Of a stretch of 51,940 nucleotides of DNA, positions 48,085-51,940 are shown piece by piece (the stretch's first letter is position 1; every line of letters begins with the position of its first letter). The stretch is taken from positions 171,390 to 223,329 of the forward strand of contig NW_005434570.1 of NCBI RefSeq assembly GCF_000315625.1, read 5' to 3'. Below the pieces are notes generated by a model, which searched no databases, was not told where the DNA came from, and saw only the letters and a list, made by a program, of their open reading frames with translations. Source of the stretch: Guillardia theta CCMP2712 (taxonomy: Eukaryota > Protista > Cryptophyta). A program made the position numbers and the translations under genes.

Positions 48085-50107
48085 ATGAAAGACGATCTTT
48101 TGCTGAGGACTATTCTGTTACTCATCATCAGGTGCTGCCGTACTTTTTGCGATGTTCCTGCGATGGATGGTGACGTTTCTCCCGCAGTCTGTCTTGCGAT
48201 ACTCACGAACAAGTGCTGTTAACCAACTTCAACTTTCTGTCTGACGGGATCGAAGTGGCCCAACACTCTGACCTGTCTCCTAAGTCTGGCAATGTTATCG
48301 AGAGCTCATTGCAGCTTCAAACTGTTGCTTCATGGGCAGACAACTCGTCAAGATGGCATGTGAGTACATCTTCATTGAGTGCAGTGAGTGAGAATATTGG
48401 TGGTGCAGGAGATCGGGTTCATCTTGCTCGCTTACAGTCTCGCGGATGGTTCTCGATGCTTCCTGACGGCTGCGAGGCTCTCTCGCGACTTCAAGTGCTC
48501 ATCCGGACCTGGTGGCGGTGATATGCTCAAGTTGTTGTCAGGTTTGCACAAGATGCCGGAGTTGCGATGAGATTGTTAGGAAAGAAATCGCTATCAGCAG
48601 GTATCTGCAGTTGCGCGATGGTGACAAGATTGACATGCATGTAGGATATGCGCGGCGTTCGGTCATTGGCATGTCACAAGGGAAGTCCCACCCGACCTGT
48701 TTGCTCAACTATGCTTCTGTTCTGTCAGAGATGAAGAGGGGGAAGGTAACGTAGCTAGTGATGATGATGGTGTCGTCGTGCAGTTGAGACGGAAGTTGTC
48801 AGCCTTGCTTGAACATGCTTCGAGCGTTCATCTCACGGACCTGCCCTCCTTCCACCTCATCCTGTACCATCGACCTGCACTTCATGACAGGTTTGAGCAG
48901 AGTTCGTCTTGTGTATCATTCATCTTACGACTTTCAAGTTGTCAAGGTGTTGTGGTTCTCAGGACAGGCGAGGAGGAGACATGTTGTCAACACATTGCTG
49001 ATGGTCTCAACAGATGTCGCTGATGAACTGGGATGAGTACAAGAGAGACCTCAACCTTCTGACGCACCTTCTAGTCCAAGATACGAGTATGAACACATCA
49101 TTCATCAAGTGATTCTGCTCTTGTTGTCTGTTGTCTGTTGATTAGAGCCGTCAGTCCCTGGGAGGCTCTAATGGCCCCCTTGCCGTTACACCTGGCCAAC
49201 AAGATAGCCAGGTTGTTCGCAGTCAAGATGATGTACGAATATCAGGTGTTTGCAAGTATGAAAAGATGTTTGCCTCGCATGACTGCGACTAAAGACTCAA
49301 GTCATGACTTGGTCGTCGCTTCCCGTCCTCGTCGACAAGCTCGTAGTAGCTGTTGTGATGAACGATGTGAGCGAGAAGGGGTTGCACGGGCTGGTTGCCA
49401 GGGCGTTCGAAGGCAGCGACAATCCTGTATGTTGTGCTCCTGATTTCACGTTAAGTGATGGCAATGTCAGGGGAGAGAAGGAGTTAGGATCCGATACATG
49501 TTCGTGGTGTGGCAGGAAACGCAAGACACGCTGCTTGCGGGCGTTTGTACGAACAACCTCCTCGTCCTGCCCCCCAGCATGTCTCCTCAACATGCAGGTC
49601 TGTCACGAGCTCTCCTCTCATTGCTCTGGTTGACTGTTCGGGAGCAGCCGCCGTCATCAACAACCTCAAAGCACATGTCGTGCTGGACTTGTTGGGTTGG
49701 CTGCCTGTCGGCAGAAAGTTCTCGACACTGGAGACACTCTTGCTGTGAGTTCTCTTCTCCTCCTATCACAAGTCTCCTGCACCTATCTTCTCCTGTCTTC
49801 TCCTCCTTCATCCTCTCCCCCGTTTCTCTTTCTGTCATGCGTGTCCATCCTTTGTTTCCTCCTCGCTCCCTCCTGCTCACCTCCTGTCAGGCTCAAACCG
49901 GCTGCTCTGCTAGTACACGCTCACGGCTTCTACTCGTCTCTCGGGGGTGTAGTCGACTACCTAGTCACTGGTGGACAAGATCTGCTCCTTCTCCTTCTCC
50001 TTCTCCCGCGGCTTCTCCTCCTCCTCCTCCTCCTCCTCCTCCTCCTCCTCCTCCTCCTCCTCCTCTGCTGCTGCTGCTGCTGCTGCTGATCCTGATTCTC
50101 CTTTTTG

Positions 50108-50165
<58 letters not shown>

Positions 50166-51389
50166 TTCTCGCTAATCGGACATGGCAGATCCTATCGTCT
50201 TCCCTCCCGAGCATGTCGATTCCTCGCTCTCAGCAGAGTCTCTCGTCCTCCTCCCTCCCTCCTTCCAGTTCAACTCGCTCCCTCATCTCCACCCTCAGCT
50301 TGCCGTGGGCCCCCGAGATTTCCCGGGCGAGAAGGCGATGGAAAGTTGGCGGACAAACTTGATGTCCTCCGTTGACTTTGTGAACTTGACGAGAAAGCAA
50401 CACAAGAACACTTTTGTCTTCTGTGCCATCCATGAGTACTACAAGATCGATCCGGAGAGCTTCATGCTGTGGGTTGAATTGTTGAGATTGCTACCAAACT
50501 CGTGAGATGTCGCCTGTTTGCTGCTTCTTCGTCCCTTGACTTGTCTCAGCGTTCTCGTCTTACCAACAAGATCTTTCTTCTCCCATGCTAATCAGACGAT
50601 CCTTCAAGTCCTTGGACGTGTTGGGCTGCAGGCATCAAGGATAGGTTTCTTAAAAAGGTTGCCTGACAGGTGAGAATATAATCATCATGATCATCATCAC
50701 TACCACCACCATCACAATCATCATCATCATCACCACCACCACCACCATCACCATCATCGTCGACATCATCGTCGACATCGTCGTCGACATCATTTCAATC
50801 ATCAACATCAACATCAACATCAACATCAACAAAATCAGCAACAACGTTCTACATGCGTGTCCTGGCCTCGAAGGTGACATGAGAACAGGTTGAGCTACAT
50901 GCTTCATCTTCGAGGTTGCGACGTTCTGCTAGATACAACCTTGTTCAACGCACAGACGACAGCGGCAGACATGTTGTGGGCGGGAGTTCCGATAGTGACA
51001 TGGCCGTCGACCAGGTCAGGCAAGACTTGTGCTGTTGGAGTGGATGAAGAAGATACGGCAGATGGGTCGGGCGAGTATCAGCGTCGCTGGGAGAAGCATG
51101 CGAGGGAGGAGTGTTTGTAGCTGACAGCGCAAGGGAGTACACGTCACTTGCACTTGCTGTGATGAGAAGGTCGAGGAAGATAAGAAGAAGGCTCATCAGC
51201 AACAAGCAGAACTGCGAAATGTTTGACGGACGACTGTGGAGGATCAGGTGGGAACGCGGGGGAGGAGCTGAAGTGATGGACTTGCGCAGGTTTGAAAGAA
51301 GTTTGACAACCTCCTGGGATGTTCTCATGCAGTCCTCCTCTTCCAAGTCCATCAACTCTCGTCTCCCACATATCATCGCCGCAAGTTAG
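48085..51389 (+). CDS. GT41 glycosyltransferase (OGT/SPINDLY-like) with hydrophobic N-terminal leader, many introns
   Basis: AAVINNLKAHVVLDLLGW, LKPAALLV..GF..SLGGVVDYLVT, FVFCAIHEYYKIDP..W..LL..LPNS, CDVLLDTTLFNAQTTAADMLWAGVPIVT, FVADSAREY, MFDGRLW..FERSL; leader MKDDLLLRTILLLIIRCC. Confidence 0.85.
49985..50165. repeat. Compound (CCT)n,(CTG)n,(CTCCTG)n intronic microsatellite
   Basis: Direct reading; inside a GT41 intron. Confidence 0.9.
50678..50845. repeat. Compound (CAT/CAC/CAA)n low-complexity tract inside the GT41 gene, probably intronic
   Basis: Direct reading; follows CAG|GTGAGA at ~50669. Confidence 0.8.
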
Positions 51390-51940
51390 TTGCCATGTAA
51401 ACCTTCCGAACTCGTCCTTCCGCTGCTCCTGCTCCTGCTCCTGCTCCCGCTACTACAGTCTCGACTGTTCGTTTTCTATCGTTCACTTTTCCTTGATCAG
51501 CACTGTCTCTTCTTTTTATTCTCACTCGCTTGTCACTTGAAACTCTCAAGCTCCCAGCTTGTCCATCATCCACGAAAGATGAGCTCGCAGCTGCCTGGCA
51601 GCGGGAAAAGACCTGAAAAGATTTCAAGGCAAGGAAAGAGAAAGACGAGGAGAGGAGAGAAGAGCCAGGAAAGAGAGAGGGAGAAGGAGGGAGGGAGAAA
51701 GGAGAAGGGCAGGGAGGGAGGGAGAAGGAGAAGAGGGAGGGGGGGGGGGAGGGGAGGGGGAGGGGAGGGGGGGAGGGAAAGGAGAGGAGGAGGAGGTGAG
51801 AAGGAGGAAGGGGAGGAGGCAACATGTCTCTTGGACTGAATTCGCTGCTGCAGTAGAGGAGGCGTTCTCTCTGCTTGCATCATCCTCCTCGTTGGTGAGA
51901 CGTGAACTCTCCGCTCCACCTGAACTCTCGAGCCTGAGGA
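51373..51940 (-). CDS. Probable 3' exons of a gene entering from the right edge
   Basis: Open frames flank a pyrimidine-rich (- strand) intron ~51615-51822 ending TTTTCAG. Confidence 0.35.

Noticed and set aside
49498-50907. Poly-L, poly-P, EQ, SC and poly-I/M ORFs
   Set aside because: Translations of intronic microsatellites in the GT41 gene

Overview
Gene-dense, intron-rich eukaryotic nuclear DNA with short (~36-70 nt) GT-AG and some GC-AG introns and microsatellite-filled introns. RWP-RK, EsV-1-7 repeats and signal-peptide+LRLRGG leaders suggest an alga with a complex plastid, most like a cryptophyte such as Guillardia theta (inference from style, not a database match). The first 13 kb is an accessory tandem duplication of a head-to-head gene pair: a secreted CBM-like/Ca-binding protein (- strand) and a secreted VLR-like LRR + Ser/Thr stalk + LamG protein (+ strand). 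The two LRR copies have 5 vs 21 canonical 72-bp modules whose scaffold is nearly invariant at DNA level, while the concave-face codons are hypervariable. A Crinkler-type REase remnant lies in an extra segment upstream of the second LRR gene. The rest holds a Rab32/38-like GTPase, AsnRS, a coiled-coil/PDZ protein, an RWP-RK factor, a leader-bearing DOHH, an ArfGAP, a four-domain cation channel with an apparent D/D/K/D filter, an EsV-1-7 protein, a CENP-B-type HTH protein, a decayed P-element-like transposase, a leader-bearing TPP-type mitochondrial carrier and a leader-bearing GT41 (OGT-like) enzyme. Exon structures were inferred by eye and are approximate. No rRNA, tRNA or CRISPR array was seen.
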